Notes under the pieces: generated by a model
What the model saw: the letters and a program-made list of their open reading frames with translations, nothing else
Databases searched by the model: none
What the model was told of the DNA's origin: nothing
DNA from: a phage
DNA: 44,724 bases
Reading direction: 5' to 3' (one strand)
NCBI GenBank assembly: GCA_025471175.1
Contig: GCA_025471175.1_4338.1
Made by a program: the position numbers and the translations under genes
In this document: positions 27,806 through 37,169 of the stretch, piece by piece
How positions within the stretch are numbered: position 1 is the first letter of the stretch
How the letters are laid out: the number at the start of each line of letters is the position of its first letter

Positions 27806-28936
27806 ATGGCTCATAAGAAAATAACCGACGAACAGTTACGGGAAGAATTGAACGCCGGAACAAAAATTATTGATATCTCACGTAAGTATGGAATCTCAGA
27901 CCGCGTTATCCGTATCCGTAAAGCGAAGCTGGCTAAGAAAGGTGTAGGCCACGGTCGCGACGTTAGTCACCTTGTGCCTGACGGCTACAAGATTAAAGGT
28001 ACGTCGTCTCTGGTGGACGAGTTCGGCAACACTAAACTGCAATGGGTTAAGACCGACACTGACGCAGAACGTCAGGTCGAGTTGATGAAAGCTGTAATCG
28101 AGGGCATGAAGTCAGAGATTACGCCGGTTGCGCCTGTTAAAGCCGTTCGCGCCAAACGTGACGATAAACTACTTAATCTTTACACTGTATCTGATTTCCA
28201 TCTCGGTATGCTGGCCTGGGCTGACGAGAGCGGCGACGACTGGGACATGAAGATTGCAGAAGACCTGTTCTCTCGATGGTTCGACGCGGCATTCCAGAAA
28301 GCACCGGACGCGGGAACAGGAGTTATTAACCTGCTGGGCGACCTTGCGCACTTCGATAGTCTGGATGCGGTTACCCCCGCAAGTGGTCACGTTCTTGATG
28401 CGGACACTCGCTATCAGAAACTTGTCCGCTACATGATTCGTATGGTCCGCCGTGTTGTCGGTATGGCGCTGGTTAAGCATAAAAATGTTCGCTTGCTTAT
28501 CGTGCAAGGAAACCACGACGAAAGCGGAATGATTTGGTTAGCTGAGATGTTTAGTACGCTGTACGACAATGAGCCTTGTGTGTTCGTCGATACGTCGCCG
28601 GATGTTTACAAGATGGTCCAACACGGCAAAACTACGCTGTTCTTTCACCACGGGCATAAGGCGCGATTCGACGCTATCGAACCGGTAATGATTGCCAAGT
28701 TCCGCAAAGCGTTCGGCGAGAGTGTTTACAGCTACGCCCACGTAGGCCATCTGCACCACCAGAAGATTGTAGAAAGCCGTAACATGATTGTTGAGCAACA
28801 CCGCACCTTAGCGGCTAAAGACGCCTACGCCTCGCGCGGCGGATGGATGTCGGGCCGTAGTGCAAATGTAATTACTTATAGCGCCGAATATGGCGAGGTC
28901 GCACGTTTAATTATTTCACCGGAGATGCTGGGATGA
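27806..28936 (+). CDS. HTH-domain calcineurin-like metallophosphoesterase
   Basis: 376 aa; N-terminal HTH (DISRKYGISDRVIRIRKAK); phosphoesterase motifs SDFH, GDLAHFD, GNHDE, HHGH, GHLHH in canonical order. Confidence 0.65.
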   Translation: MAHKKITDEQLREELNAGTKIIDISRKYGISDRVIRIRKAKLAKKGVGHGRDVSHLVPDGYKIKGTSSLVDEFGNTKLQWVKTDTDAERQVELMKAVIEGMKSEITPVAPVKAVRAKRDDKLLNLYTVSDFHLGMLAWADESGDDWDMKIAEDLFSRWFDAAFQKAPDAGTGVINLLGDLAHFDSLDAVTPASGHVLDADTRYQKLVRYMIRMVRRVVGMALVKHKNVRLLIVQGNHDESGMIWLAEMFSTLYDNEPCVFVDTSPDVYKMVQHGKTTLFFHHGHKARFDAIEPVMIAKFRKAFGESVYSYAHVGHLHHQKIVESRNMIVEQHRTLAAKDAYASRGGWMSGRSANVITYSAEYGEVARLIISPEMLG

Positions 28937-29133
28937 AAGATATGTATGAATGCACCGATGTGAGTCCGTACGCGGAGAAAAATGGATTCGAAGTAGGCGC
29001 TGTATATGAAGGGGTCACCCTAGAGAACGGCGACGTAAGAATGTATTCGCCTAAATATCGCAGCTTCTTTGAAATAGGCAACATTAACGAGTCAGGCATA
29101 GCCAGATTTAAGAGAGTTAACAGTGACAAATAA
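28933..29133 (+). CDS. hypothetical protein (66 aa)
   Basis: ATGA overlap with upstream gene. Confidence 0.45.
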   Translation: MKDMYECTDVSPYAEKNGFEVGAVYEGVTLENGDVRMYSPKYRSFFEIGNINESGIARFKRVNSDK

Positions 29134-29353
29134 ATACAACCGCACAATGACAAACATTCACGGCAGCACTATGACAGTAGACGTTTACGATGTTCTCCGT
29201 GCCTTCGACATCCGTGACCCTGCACTACAGCACGCATTGAAGAAACTATTGTGTATGGGTCTTCGCGGGCACAAGGACACCGGAACCGACTTAGCGGAAG
29301 CAATTGAAAGTCTGGAGAAGTTACGGGAGTACCATAGTAATATTGATGAGTGA
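29123..29353 (+). CDS. small phage protein, possibly DUF3310-like
   Basis: 76 aa; GTG with AAGAGAG upstream; motif match recalled from memory only. Confidence 0.4.
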   Translation: MTNKYNRTMTNIHGSTMTVDVYDVLRAFDIRDPALQHALKKLLCMGLRGHKDTGTDLAEAIESLEKLREYHSNIDE

Positions 29354-29355
29354 GA

Positions 29356-29385
29356 AAAAGGCCCCGAAAGGGGCCTTAGTTTTAT
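29356..29385. terminator. bidirectional rho-independent terminator
   Basis: aaggcccc-gaaa-ggggcctt hairpin with A-run and T-run flanks; same stem as terminators at 17583 and 37854. Confidence 0.6.
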
Positions 29386-30014
29386 CGTTGTGACTTAATT
29401 ACAGAAACAGCTCTTGGGTATATTCTCCCATCTATGGAATCCATAAGCGGCTTAAGTTCTTCTGCTATTTCCAATTTCCGCAACGTTCTGACCTTGATGG
29501 CTTCGTCCAAATCAATAAAATCGCCTAAGTTTTCTCGCACCCCGGTTATGGGGTTGTTGACACGGCATCGTATCTTGCCGTTTGTTTTTCTATAAGTAAG
29601 ACCTATTGGTAGGTCTCCTCTAACTGCCGCGCTGTCGGTTAGGAAGTTGTTTAAAACTCTCGGGACAAAGATGCATGTCTCCGGTGAGTATTCTTTGGTG
29701 TCTGTAAGTAAATCCTTGTCTACATGCCAACCATCTACGTAATTATCTTTATACCATTTAAAGTAGTTGGAGAAATACAGCCTGTCTTCGCATACTACCA
29801 CACCTGCGTATGTTGGGTGCTTAGCACCCCCGTGGTAGCACCTGAATATCATCGCATACCAAATATCGTACACTGGGTGGTTAACAGACTTTTTGCCGTT
29901 GAAAATACTGGTGGTAAAATCAGCGTCGTTGATACCGACACCGCAGATTGTTTTACGGCATGATATCGCCCGTTTTGATGCAGGTATCTTTTCAAATTCT
30001 TCATACAGAAACAT
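29382..30014 (-). CDS. putative HNH/His-Me finger endonuclease with AP2-like domain
   Basis: 210 aa; N-terminal YDIWYAMIFRCYH and WHVDKD...N pattern; C-terminal YRKTNGKIRCRVNNPITGVRENLGDF resembles AP2-type domain; GAGGTG RBS. Confidence 0.45.
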   Translation of the reverse strand: MFLYEEFEKIPASKRAISCRKTICGVGINDADFTTSIFNGKKSVNHPVYDIWYAMIFRCYHGGAKHPTYAGVVVCEDRLYFSNYFKWYKDNYVDGWHVDKDLLTDTKEYSPETCIFVPRVLNNFLTDSAAVRGDLPIGLTYRKTNGKIRCRVNNPITGVRENLGDFIDLDEAIKVRTLRKLEIAEELKPLMDSIDGRIYPRAVSVIKSQR

Positions 30015-30039
30015 TATTCACCTCGTCAGGCTCGTGTAT

Positions 30040-30081
30040 TTATCGGATAAAGGAAAGAGAGGGCACGACCCCTCTCTTTTT
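30040..30081 (-). terminator. candidate terminator/attenuator after tail tube gene
   Basis: 8-bp stem agagaggg/ccctctct with U-rich run on minus strand. Confidence 0.4.
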
Positions 30082-30121
30082 CGCCCGCTAAAGCTATCCT
30101 TTACGCTTCTTATACCACAAG

Positions 30122-31294
30122 TTATACGTAACTGATACGTTGAATTACGATGGACGACTGGTACTGATTGCCTGTGGACTGCCCTTCTATACTTTGGGTA
30201 ATTGATTCCGGGCCAGATATTTCTGGTGTGACCGCCGTAAGTTCGGCGCGTTTCAGACTGAAAGACATAGCCCCGTTCACCCCCGCCAGAATAGAATTAA
30301 TCTCTACCTGCTGCTCGTTGATAAACTTCTGAATCATCGCCATGTCGTACAGCTTGCCGGAGATAGAGAAGGTGTTAGCCGCGCGTCCACGTTCCACGAA
30401 CGCCACGCTACTGTTGCCGAGTTCGAACTGCGCGGATGCGCTGTTGTCGTTGGTGATGGTCAGAGTATCGCAACGTAACGGCGTAGAACCGTCGAACACA
30501 GACACATCAACCGAAGAGAACGGCTCATCAGTGAAGGTTACTTGCGAGAAATCAGAACCCGCTGGCCGTGCAGAAAGAATCTCCTGACTCAGGCCAATGA
30601 ACGGGAAACTACCGGTGACCATAGCGTTAACCGCCTGCTCTACGGTGAAGCCGGAAATTTCCACGCCTTTGGTCAGCATGTACGCGTCCGGGTTACCACA
30701 CTGGCCCTTGAACCATGTCAGAATAGAGAACGTCCTACACGCATTACCGGTTTCCAGTTTGTCGCCAGTTTTTGCGTCAGTGGTTACTGTCTCTGCTGTC
30801 AGCGTGTGCTGAATACCTGCGCCCGTAACTACCAGAGTGGAAACCGCGGTCACGATAAACGGTTTTGCGTTGTCGCCGGTTAAGTCGGTGAACGCAATCA
30901 GGTCGCCAACTTCTACACCGTCAGTAATGAAGCTACCGGCAGCGCGGGTGAATGTTTTACCTGCTGGGGCGACCGTAATTTCGGCGCCAGTAATCTCTAC
31001 CCCATCTTGCCACGTAGACGTCATCGCGCCCGCGAGGAAATCATCCTGACTACGTGAGCTAAGTTCGATGGCGTACTCCCCGCTAACCTGTTTGTTACCG
31101 GTGCGGATGGATGTGGTTTCTCGGCTGCCGTCCAGTTCGTTGGAAGTCAGCGCATCGCGGGTTACAGCGGGGACACCGCCAGTGTTACGCAACGGCGACC
31201 ATACCGGGTTAGTCGGTGTTACGCCAGGGGTAGTCTCCGCCACATAGAATTGCGCGGTATTCGCGCCCTTAAAAGGAGTTGTAGCCATATTCAC
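30122..31294 (-). CDS. major tail (tube) protein, putative
   Basis: 390 aa, Thr/Ser/Gly-rich; last of the coupled neck/tail genes. Confidence 0.5.
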   Translation of the reverse strand: MNMATTPFKGANTAQFYVAETTPGVTPTNPVWSPLRNTGGVPAVTRDALTSNELDGSRETTSIRTGNKQVSGEYAIELSSRSQDDFLAGAMTSTWQDGVEITGAEITVAPAGKTFTRAAGSFITDGVEVGDLIAFTDLTGDNAKPFIVTAVSTLVVTGAGIQHTLTAETVTTDAKTGDKLETGNACRTFSILTWFKGQCGNPDAYMLTKGVEISGFTVEQAVNAMVTGSFPFIGLSQEILSARPAGSDFSQVTFTDEPFSSVDVSVFDGSTPLRCDTLTITNDNSASAQFELGNSSVAFVERGRAANTFSISGKLYDMAMIQKFINEQQVEINSILAGVNGAMSFSLKRAELTAVTPEISGPESITQSIEGQSTGNQYQSSIVIQRISYV

Positions 31295-31707
31295 AGCCTC
31301 TTGGTGAATGCAATAAAGTTAATTGACAATGGTCGTTTGGCCCATCCGTTTTCTACAATCAGCGGCCCCAGGCTAACCGATTGAACCTCGGCGCAGATGT
31401 CGTTACGTGAAAATGACTTACCTGCTTTAAACGCCGTGTTAAGTAAGTCTGCCATTTTATTGATTGGCGCGCTACCCTTCACCGATGCGTAGTTAATGTC
31501 GACCTGATAAATACCAGAGCGTTGTTCCGTGAAGAACAAATCTGCTTGCTCGGTATCCGCAAGTAACATGTAACTTGCCAGATACGGAGTATCGGTTGAC
31601 GTCGGCGCGTCGATGTTTTCAAGCGCAACCCTGATGCCGTTGGTGGTTCCGAAGGCTACCAGTGGCACGTCAAACGCTTTGGTTAAGTCCTCAAAGTAGC
31701 CCATCAT
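31291..31707 (-). CDS. tail completion / tail terminator protein, putative
   Basis: 138 aa; overlapping start/stop with neighbours. Confidence 0.4.
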   Translation of the reverse strand: MMGYFEDLTKAFDVPLVAFGTTNGIRVALENIDAPTSTDTPYLASYMLLADTEQADLFFTEQRSGIYQVDINYASVKGSAPINKMADLLNTAFKAGKSFSRNDICAEVQSVSLGPLIVENGWAKRPLSINFIAFTKRL

Positions 31708-32099
31708 TTCACCTTATTGGCTTCTTCATTAATGAGTTGCTGGAAGCGGGACACATTCACCCGGACAAATCCTTGTGGCGCCTGTTGCGACCAGCCATAC
31801 TCCAGCCGTTGTGCATACGGCAGGTTATTTGTCAGCGTGAACTCGCGCCAGTCGGCGGCTTTCAGCACAAAACTTGTAGCGTTTCCGGTTGCGGCGTTTC
31901 CTGATTTATCCGTAGCATCTGTAACCCCGGAAGCAGGAGTACCTCCAGACGCCATCCAGTTCATACGGAATCGGCCAGTATCTACCGGACTAGCCTTTAT
32001 AATAGCGGAAAACAGCTTGATAGACACCTGACGCATCACCTTCTCGGGGTTCTTCTTCGCCTTTTCCACGAACTTAGAGACATCAAGCGCGAAACTCAT
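31704..32099 (-). CDS. HK97 gp10-like tail/neck component
   Basis: 131 aa; SPVDTGRFRMNW resembles the gp10-family motif. Confidence 0.45.
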   Translation of the reverse strand: MSFALDVSKFVEKAKKNPEKVMRQVSIKLFSAIIKASPVDTGRFRMNWMASGGTPASGVTDATDKSGNAATGNATSFVLKAADWREFTLTNNLPYAQRLEYGWSQQAPQGFVRVNVSRFQQLINEEANKVK

Positions 32100-32455
32100 T
32101 TTCTCACCTGAATAAAGTAGGCCACGACATCATCGTTAACCATCTTCTTCTCGATAGCTACGACAGACCATTGCTCGCCGCCGGATTGCACCTTGTCTTC
32201 CATTTTCGGGACGACACTGCAATCCGCTTTAACAATCATGTCGCCCGCCTGAATCGTCGTACCGTTCACCAGTCCTGCGTTAACAGGAACCGGAACAGCT
32301 TTCAACGGCAGCACTTCATCCGCGGACCGGACATACTCACCGAGAACTTCATCCCACACTTTCGAGCCAGCGCGAACAAGAGATACCGTGCTACCGAATT
32401 GGGTTAGCAGGCGTGTACCGACGCCTTGCATACGTTTACTGAAAGCGGTGCTCAT
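32096..32455 (-). CDS. head completion / head-tail joining protein, putative
   Basis: ORF track 32096..32536; ATG at 32453-32455 with AGAGGTG RBS. Confidence 0.4.
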   Translation of the reverse strand: MSTAFSKRMQGVGTRLLTQFGSTVSLVRAGSKVWDEVLGEYVRSADEVLPLKAVPVPVNAGLVNGTTIQAGDMIVKADCSVVPKMEDKVQSGGEQWSVVAIEKKMVNDDVVAYFIQVRK

Positions 32456-32549
32456 TTTAGCACCTCTTGCAGCGTCAAAAGAACACCGTAACTGTGCAAG
32501 ACTACCGCGGTAAGAAAACCAAAAACTACACCACATGTGAACTTATTCA

Positions 32550-33164
32550 TCAGGCGGCCTCCAGTCTCGAAATAACCAGTAATGCGGACGGCGCTGTACC
32601 CCATGCAGTTACGGTAGCGGCTTGTGGGTATTCGCCGCCGAAGTTACTCCCGGCACTATCCCGCATAATCTGAACGGCAAACGTCTGGCCTGCGGTCGGG
32701 TTAATAGCAACACGAGACTCAATAGGAATTGTAGTATCCGCGCTTACCAGTTTAGTGGCAGCGGGCGAGCCATACTGAGCGCCGTTCAGAAGAATGCGCG
32801 ATAACAGGATAGACGTGCCGCTTGCCTCAGTGCGCCCGGCCTGTAACTTGATGCGAACGGCATAATTACCTGCGGTGTTGAACGTAACCAGCCCCGCAGC
32901 ATTAATCATTACCGGGTCAGATGCACTACCCTGAGCAGAGCCGAACGATACCTGCAACGCCGTATCTACTGCGGTAGGCGCTTGCGCTACTGTCGACGCA
33001 GCGCGGAGAACTTCAACCTCTTTAACACCCGGAATGGCGTAAATAGGTGAGTCAGCCATCTGGGTTAATACCCCGCGCAACTTCGCAGGCGTAATAAGTC
33101 CGGTCGTGTTGTCCGGTAGCTCGGAACCGATTAGCGTGAATATCTCTGATTTAGTCTTCGCCAT
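32550..33164 (-). CDS. structural protein of unknown function
   Basis: 204 aa inside head-tail gene block. Confidence 0.45.
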   Translation of the reverse strand: MAKTKSEIFTLIGSELPDNTTGLITPAKLRGVLTQMADSPIYAIPGVKEVEVLRAASTVAQAPTAVDTALQVSFGSAQGSASDPVMINAAGLVTFNTAGNYAVRIKLQAGRTEASGTSILLSRILLNGAQYGSPAATKLVSADTTIPIESRVAINPTAGQTFAVQIMRDSAGSNFGGEYPQAATVTAWGTAPSALLVISRLEAA

Positions 33165-33166
33165 TT

Positions 33167-33679
33167 TTAACCCCGGTACACGTTAAACGAGAAACCATTG
33201 TTAAGACCACCACACAATAACGGGCGTAAAGCGTCGTCAGCAGCGGTAATCGCGGTCGTAGCGCCACTGTTGCCATTGTTGAAGTAGGTCACGGTCACCG
33301 CGCCTTCTACGCGCTCAGTCTGCACGGAGCGCCCATCAGAGTTAGCCCGCACCTCAGTACCCGCACCGTATGTAACAGCGGCAATTACCTGCGCCCGGAT
33401 TAACTGCGACGGGATAACATTATCCGCTACAGGGAAACCATTCAACGTTACACCAGTGCGAGGGTACGCCAGAGACTGTTCGGCGGATACTCGACGACCG
33501 CACATCTGCGGTTCTGCAAGCCCTACATAAGTAGCACCGTTGCGTAAGGCCACCTCTGCTGCGGTATCGTCTTCCGGCAGCTCAAGGCCATAATTAGCCG
33601 CTAACGCACGGGCGTCAGCCAGACTAATGTAACTGTCGGCATTTGGGACGATCACCCCAGTTTCCACGATTAGCGGCAT
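33167..33679 (-). CDS. head-tail connector/adaptor protein, putative
   Basis: 170 aa; position and composition. Confidence 0.4.
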   Translation of the reverse strand: MPLIVETGVIVPNADSYISLADARALAANYGLELPEDDTAAEVALRNGATYVGLAEPQMCGRRVSAEQSLAYPRTGVTLNGFPVADNVIPSQLIRAQVIAAVTYGAGTEVRANSDGRSVQTERVEGAVTVTYFNNGNSGATTAITAADDALRPLLCGGLNNGFSFNVYRG

Positions 33680-33682
33680 AAA

Positions 33683-33862
33683 TTATTCCTCTGACTTACG
33701 GCGACGACGCTTAGTACCACCGCCGTTGTTGTGCGCTTCTTCGTTGTCCGGTTGTGCTGCAACCAGCGCATCCGCTTCCACAACACCGCGGACGGGCATT
33801 ACCTGGCCATCGACAATATCGACGTGGGTGTACTTTTCACGGATTACATAATTATCTGCCAT
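33683..33862 (-). CDS. hypothetical small protein (59 aa)
   Basis: Below ORF-track cutoff; AAGGAAAGG RBS; basic C-terminal tail. Confidence 0.35.
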   Translation of the reverse strand: MADNYVIREKYTHVDIVDGQVMPVRGVVEADALVAAQPDNEEAHNNGGGTKRRRRKSEE

Positions 33863-33898
33863 GACCTTTCCTTATTACGGCCCCGAAGGGCCGTTGTA

Positions 33899-34246
33899 TT
33901 AAGACACGGTTACTTTAGTGCTGCTGGAGATAATATTACCATACACGTCGTGAACAACCACTTTATACGTACCTGAATCGGCGGTAGTGGTGGACGCCTT
34001 CGCATAGGAAGCCGCGTTTGCCCCGGCGATAGCGTTGTTGTTCTTGTACCACTGGTAGGAATACGGCTCCAGACCACCAGTAACAACTACGGTCAGTGTC
34101 ATAGTCTGCCCGGCTGTAACTGCTGTGGTGGCGCTCAGTGCGGTAGAAAAAGACGCTGGAGAGATGTTTGCCATGTCGATTTCAACCTGACCGTCAGAGT
34201 CTTCATCAGAAACACCGGTAATACGACGTTTAATTACATCAACCAT
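33899..34246 (-). CDS. Ig-like domain protein (possible decoration protein)
   Basis: 115 aa; YSYQWYKNN...SGTYKVVV is an Ig-like signature; AAGGAG RBS. Confidence 0.5.
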   Translation of the reverse strand: MVDVIKRRITGVSDEDSDGQVEIDMANISPASFSTALSATTAVTAGQTMTLTVVVTGGLEPYSYQWYKNNNAIAGANAASYAKASTTTADSGTYKVVVHDVYGNIISSSTKVTVS

Positions 34247-34258
34247 TTTTAATCTCCT

Positions 34259-34558
34259 TTAGCTTACAGTTCCTGCGTTTTTAAGCGCGGTTAACAGGTT
34301 CGCTACGGTAGTGCGCAGCGCGGTAACATCGGTTAGGAGTTTGTTGTACTCCACTACAAGCGCGCCGAACTCGGCTTTAGTCGGTTCAGCAGCGGACTGC
34401 TCCCCTGCGGCTGCGGTAACGGCCGCAGGTGCATCCACAGTAGCTGACTTTTTAACCCCACCAACTACGCTGGTAGTAGCAGGTGCGACAGGGATATCAA
34501 AGTCGCCGAAATCGACATTCTGAAGGCTGCGCGGCAAGCCTTTTCCGGTCTTGGCCAT
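34259..34558 (-). CDS. hypothetical structural protein (99 aa)
   Basis: Ala/Thr-rich with helical C-terminus; between capsid terminator and Ig-like gene. Confidence 0.45.
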   Translation of the reverse strand: MAKTGKGLPRSLQNVDFGDFDIPVAPATTSVVGGVKKSATVDAPAAVTAAAGEQSAAEPTKAEFGALVVEYNKLLTDVTALRTTVANLLTALKNAGTVS

Positions 34559-34569
34559 AATTTACCTCT

Positions 34570-34601
34570 TAGTAAATGAAAAGAGGGACCGAAGTCCCTC
34601 T
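34570..34601 (-). terminator. rho-independent terminator after major capsid gene
   Basis: agagggac-cgaa-gtccctct hairpin followed on minus strand by UUUCAUUUACU. Confidence 0.55.
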
Positions 34602-34619
34602 CGATTATATCTTATAACC

Positions 34620-35669
34620 TTAAGCACCGTCACCAGTTACCAGGAAGGCAATCGGTACATGCTTACGGTCAACCACACGGTTCCAGTTGGAGGCGTTCGC
34701 CAGGTCCTGCCAGGAAGCAGAGCGTGCTACAGTCTCGGTGCCGTTACCAGTGATTACCGCGCTGGTGAAGCTGTAGCCAAACGGATGCAGCAACCAGGTC
34801 TTACGGGTCCACAGGGTTTCGACACCACCACCGTTACCGCGAGACGCTTCGCGCTCATATTCCAGCGGGTTGGACGGAGAGCCTTCGCCGTAACCGATAG
34901 CGCCGTTGCCGAAGATAATGGAGATGAACTTACGTCTCGGGCCGGTGCCGACTACGGTCATGCTGTCGTCAACAATCACGCGGTAGCCCTGGTAAGTAGC
35001 AAACATGGTGTTGTTATCGGCGTCGCGGATGAAGTCGATAAGCTGCTGTTTACGTGCCTGCGCATATACGAAGCTGTGCATCGCGATAGCGCCCAACACT
35101 TCACCGCCGTTGCCCATCAGCGCATCACCCATAGTCTGGGTAGCGTCGATGAACGCGCCCGAGTCGAAGCCCGGGGTGGCGGACACGTCCACTACCATGT
35201 CGTTCTGCTCGTGGTATGCGTCGGTAGCGGCTACGTTGTCGTTGTACAGACCGAGCGCGGTAGCAATCAGACGGCGTTGTGCCTGACGCTGCCAGAAGTT
35301 ATCCAGACGGGACGCTACGGATTGCAGCGGGTTCTGGCTGGTCAGTTCAACAGTCAAATCCGCCTGGCCGAAACCTTCGTTCAGATAAGCCACGCGAACA
35401 TCCATCTCACCGGTTTGCACGTTACGTGGGGTGGCGACATCCTGATACACATCGTTCGAGTAGTTCGGTTCGATAGAGGTATCAATCGCTTTCCAGTACG
35501 GCAGAACAGCTTTGTTGGACGGGCCGTTTGCGATAGCGGCGGCGTACGGAGTCGAGGTAAGGATACCGGACTGGAAGAACGCGGTTTTCTCTACCGGGTC
35601 CTCTGTCATGTAGGACAGGATTACCGATTCTTTACCAGTTACGATATCGCCGATAGTAGTAATTGCCAT
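34620..35669 (-). CDS. major capsid protein
   Basis: 349 aa immediately after scaffold gene with overlapping stop/start; followed by strong terminator. Confidence 0.8.
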   Translation of the reverse strand: MAITTIGDIVTGKESVILSYMTEDPVEKTAFFQSGILTSTPYAAAIANGPSNKAVLPYWKAIDTSIEPNYSNDVYQDVATPRNVQTGEMDVRVAYLNEGFGQADLTVELTSQNPLQSVASRLDNFWQRQAQRRLIATALGLYNDNVAATDAYHEQNDMVVDVSATPGFDSGAFIDATQTMGDALMGNGGEVLGAIAMHSFVYAQARKQQLIDFIRDADNNTMFATYQGYRVIVDDSMTVVGTGPRRKFISIIFGNGAIGYGEGSPSNPLEYEREASRGNGGGVETLWTRKTWLLHPFGYSFTSAVITGNGTETVARSASWQDLANASNWNRVVDRKHVPIAFLVTGDGA

Positions 35670-36373
35670 TATTTTTTCCTCAGGGCTTTAAGTTGCCGTT
35701 CAAATTCGGCAGGGTTCGATTCGTACAGAGCGATACGCTCCGCTTCACTCATGTCTTTAAACGCTGGTGCGGCCCCGCCGCCTTTGCTACCGGAAGCCCC
35801 GCCGCCGGAAGCTGCATTTGCTTTAATCAAATGCGAAAACGCTTTGTGTTCGCGCAGGTATTTGCGGAACTGTTCCGGGTCAGTCGTGATTACGTTGCCA
35901 TCTGCACCGACAAACTTAGTAACCACATCATCGCCGTCAAACTCGGTCTTAACGAACGGAGCAAGAATGTCTACGGCTTCCGGTGTGATGAAATCACCTG
36001 CGAAAGAGCCTAACACCGCTTTACGTTCGCTGCCGAGGATGCGCTCTGCCATTTTGGAGATGCGACCATCTTTCTCGGCTAACACCGGGTCATACTGGCT
36101 ACGAATCGTCTTTTCGAACTCGTCCATCTTACCAGCGGCTTTTAACGCCTCCCGGTGTGCGCGCTGCCGTTCTTCTTCGGCCTCTTTTGCTTTACGTGCG
36201 GCTTCTTTCTTCTCCACCAGCAATGCTTCCTGATTGGCCTTAAGTCCGGCAACTTCTTTCTCAATCATCGCCTGAACTTCTTCAGCGGTGAACATTTTTG
36301 GAGCGTCGCCACCGCCAGATTTATCTTCTGCCCCAGCTTCTTCCTGGAACGGATAGTGTAAAAAACGATTCAT
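35669..36373 (-). CDS. scaffolding protein
   Basis: ORF track 35669..36427 (TTG); ATG at 36371-36373 more likely; Ala/Lys/Glu-rich coiled coil. Confidence 0.55.
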   Translation of the reverse strand: MNRFLHYPFQEEAGAEDKSGGGDAPKMFTAEEVQAMIEKEVAGLKANQEALLVEKKEAARKAKEAEEERQRAHREALKAAGKMDEFEKTIRSQYDPVLAEKDGRISKMAERILGSERKAVLGSFAGDFITPEAVDILAPFVKTEFDGDDVVTKFVGADGNVITTDPEQFRKYLREHKAFSHLIKANAASGGGASGSKGGGAAPAFKDMSEAERIALYESNPAEFERQLKALRKK

Positions 36374-36455
36374 AGTCAGTATGTCCCCTGGACGTTGGAA
36401 TCCGGGCCTCCCGGATTTACATGTCAAGAATAAATTATTCCAACATACAAGGCAA

Positions 36456-36719
36456 CTATTCCAGAATATTCCTCACGTAATCCTGCAACATGAACACTTT
36501 CAGTCTCAGTTGCCGTACACATTCGGCGTTCTGAACGTCGATAGCTAAATCCTCGTCAGCGTCGCTACTTGGCGGTGCCAGTTTGCACGGCGGCTGCATC
36601 ATCGTCGTATCCGGGGATGGAATTGGCGTTGGCAACGGCGTGGGACTTGAGCAGGACGCGAGCATCGTCGAAAGTGCACACGCTGCGGCCAGGCGTTTTA
36701 ATGTACTTAACGACTTCAC
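36456..36719 (-). CDS. o-spanin (Rz1-like lipoprotein), embedded
   Basis: 87 aa; LSTMLASC lipobox, Pro-rich; out of frame within the i-spanin gene. Confidence 0.55.
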   Translation of the reverse strand: MKSLSTLKRLAAACALSTMLASCSSPTPLPTPIPSPDTTMMQPPCKLAPPSSDADEDLAIDVQNAECVRQLRLKVFMLQDYVRNILE

Positions 36720-36951
36720 GGGTAATCACCTCTGATTTCGTCTTGCCTTCGTTGTCAGCGGCGGCGGCCTTAGATTCGTCCTGCTGCTGCCGTTGTGTTT
36801 TCTTCACTAACTCAGCCTGCGCTTTCTGCTGTTGCTGCGAAACGAGATTCGCCCGGCCTTCGTTCCAGCCGCTGCGATACTGGTAGATTCCGTAGCCGTA
36901 TGTCAGGAGGATGAAACATGCTCCAGCTACGACAGTTGCGTTAAGATTCAT
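36565..36951 (-). CDS. i-spanin (Rz-like)
   Basis: 128 aa; N-terminal TM segment then Gln/Lys-rich coiled coil; contains embedded lipoprotein ORF. Confidence 0.6.
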   Translation of the reverse strand: MNLNATVVAGACFILLTYGYGIYQYRSGWNEGRANLVSQQQQKAQAELVKKTQRQQQDESKAAAADNEGKTKSEVITREVVKYIKTPGRSVCTFDDARVLLKSHAVANANSIPGYDDDAAAVQTGTAK

Positions 36952-36960
36952 GTTTCTCCT

Positions 36961-36997
36961 TTCTCGATAAGTAAAGCCCCGCCTTAAAGCGGGGCGC
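36961..36997 (-). terminator. candidate intrinsic terminator/attenuator between P_B leader and late genes
   Basis: Stem gccccgc/gcggggc (forward 36976-36995) followed on minus strand by UUUACUUAU; ~15 nt upstream of spanin RBS. Confidence 0.4.
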
Positions 36998-37169
36998 TAG
37001 TCCTTATCATTTAAACATAGAAACGGCGTAATCTCAGTAAACCAGTTACTTTTTACACAAGCAATAGAGTATGGCCCTTCCGAACGCGTCAGCGTAACTA
37101 CACTCAGGACTTACGTCCCGCTCCGTTACCTGCCCGCGCCGCGGTCGCTTGTTCATACTTCACAAGCTC
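36961..37169 (-). ncRNA. candidate ~200-nt leader RNA / sRNA, copy B
   Basis: Predicted transcript from P_B (37176-37204) to hairpin 36976-36995; homologous to copy A; no other promoter seen before the late operon. Confidence 0.3.

Noticed and set aside
34551-36233. 560-aa plus-strand ORF
   Set aside because: Antisense to the major capsid and scaffold genes; Ala/Arg/Ser-rich low-complexity translation typical of a shadow ORF; no RBS
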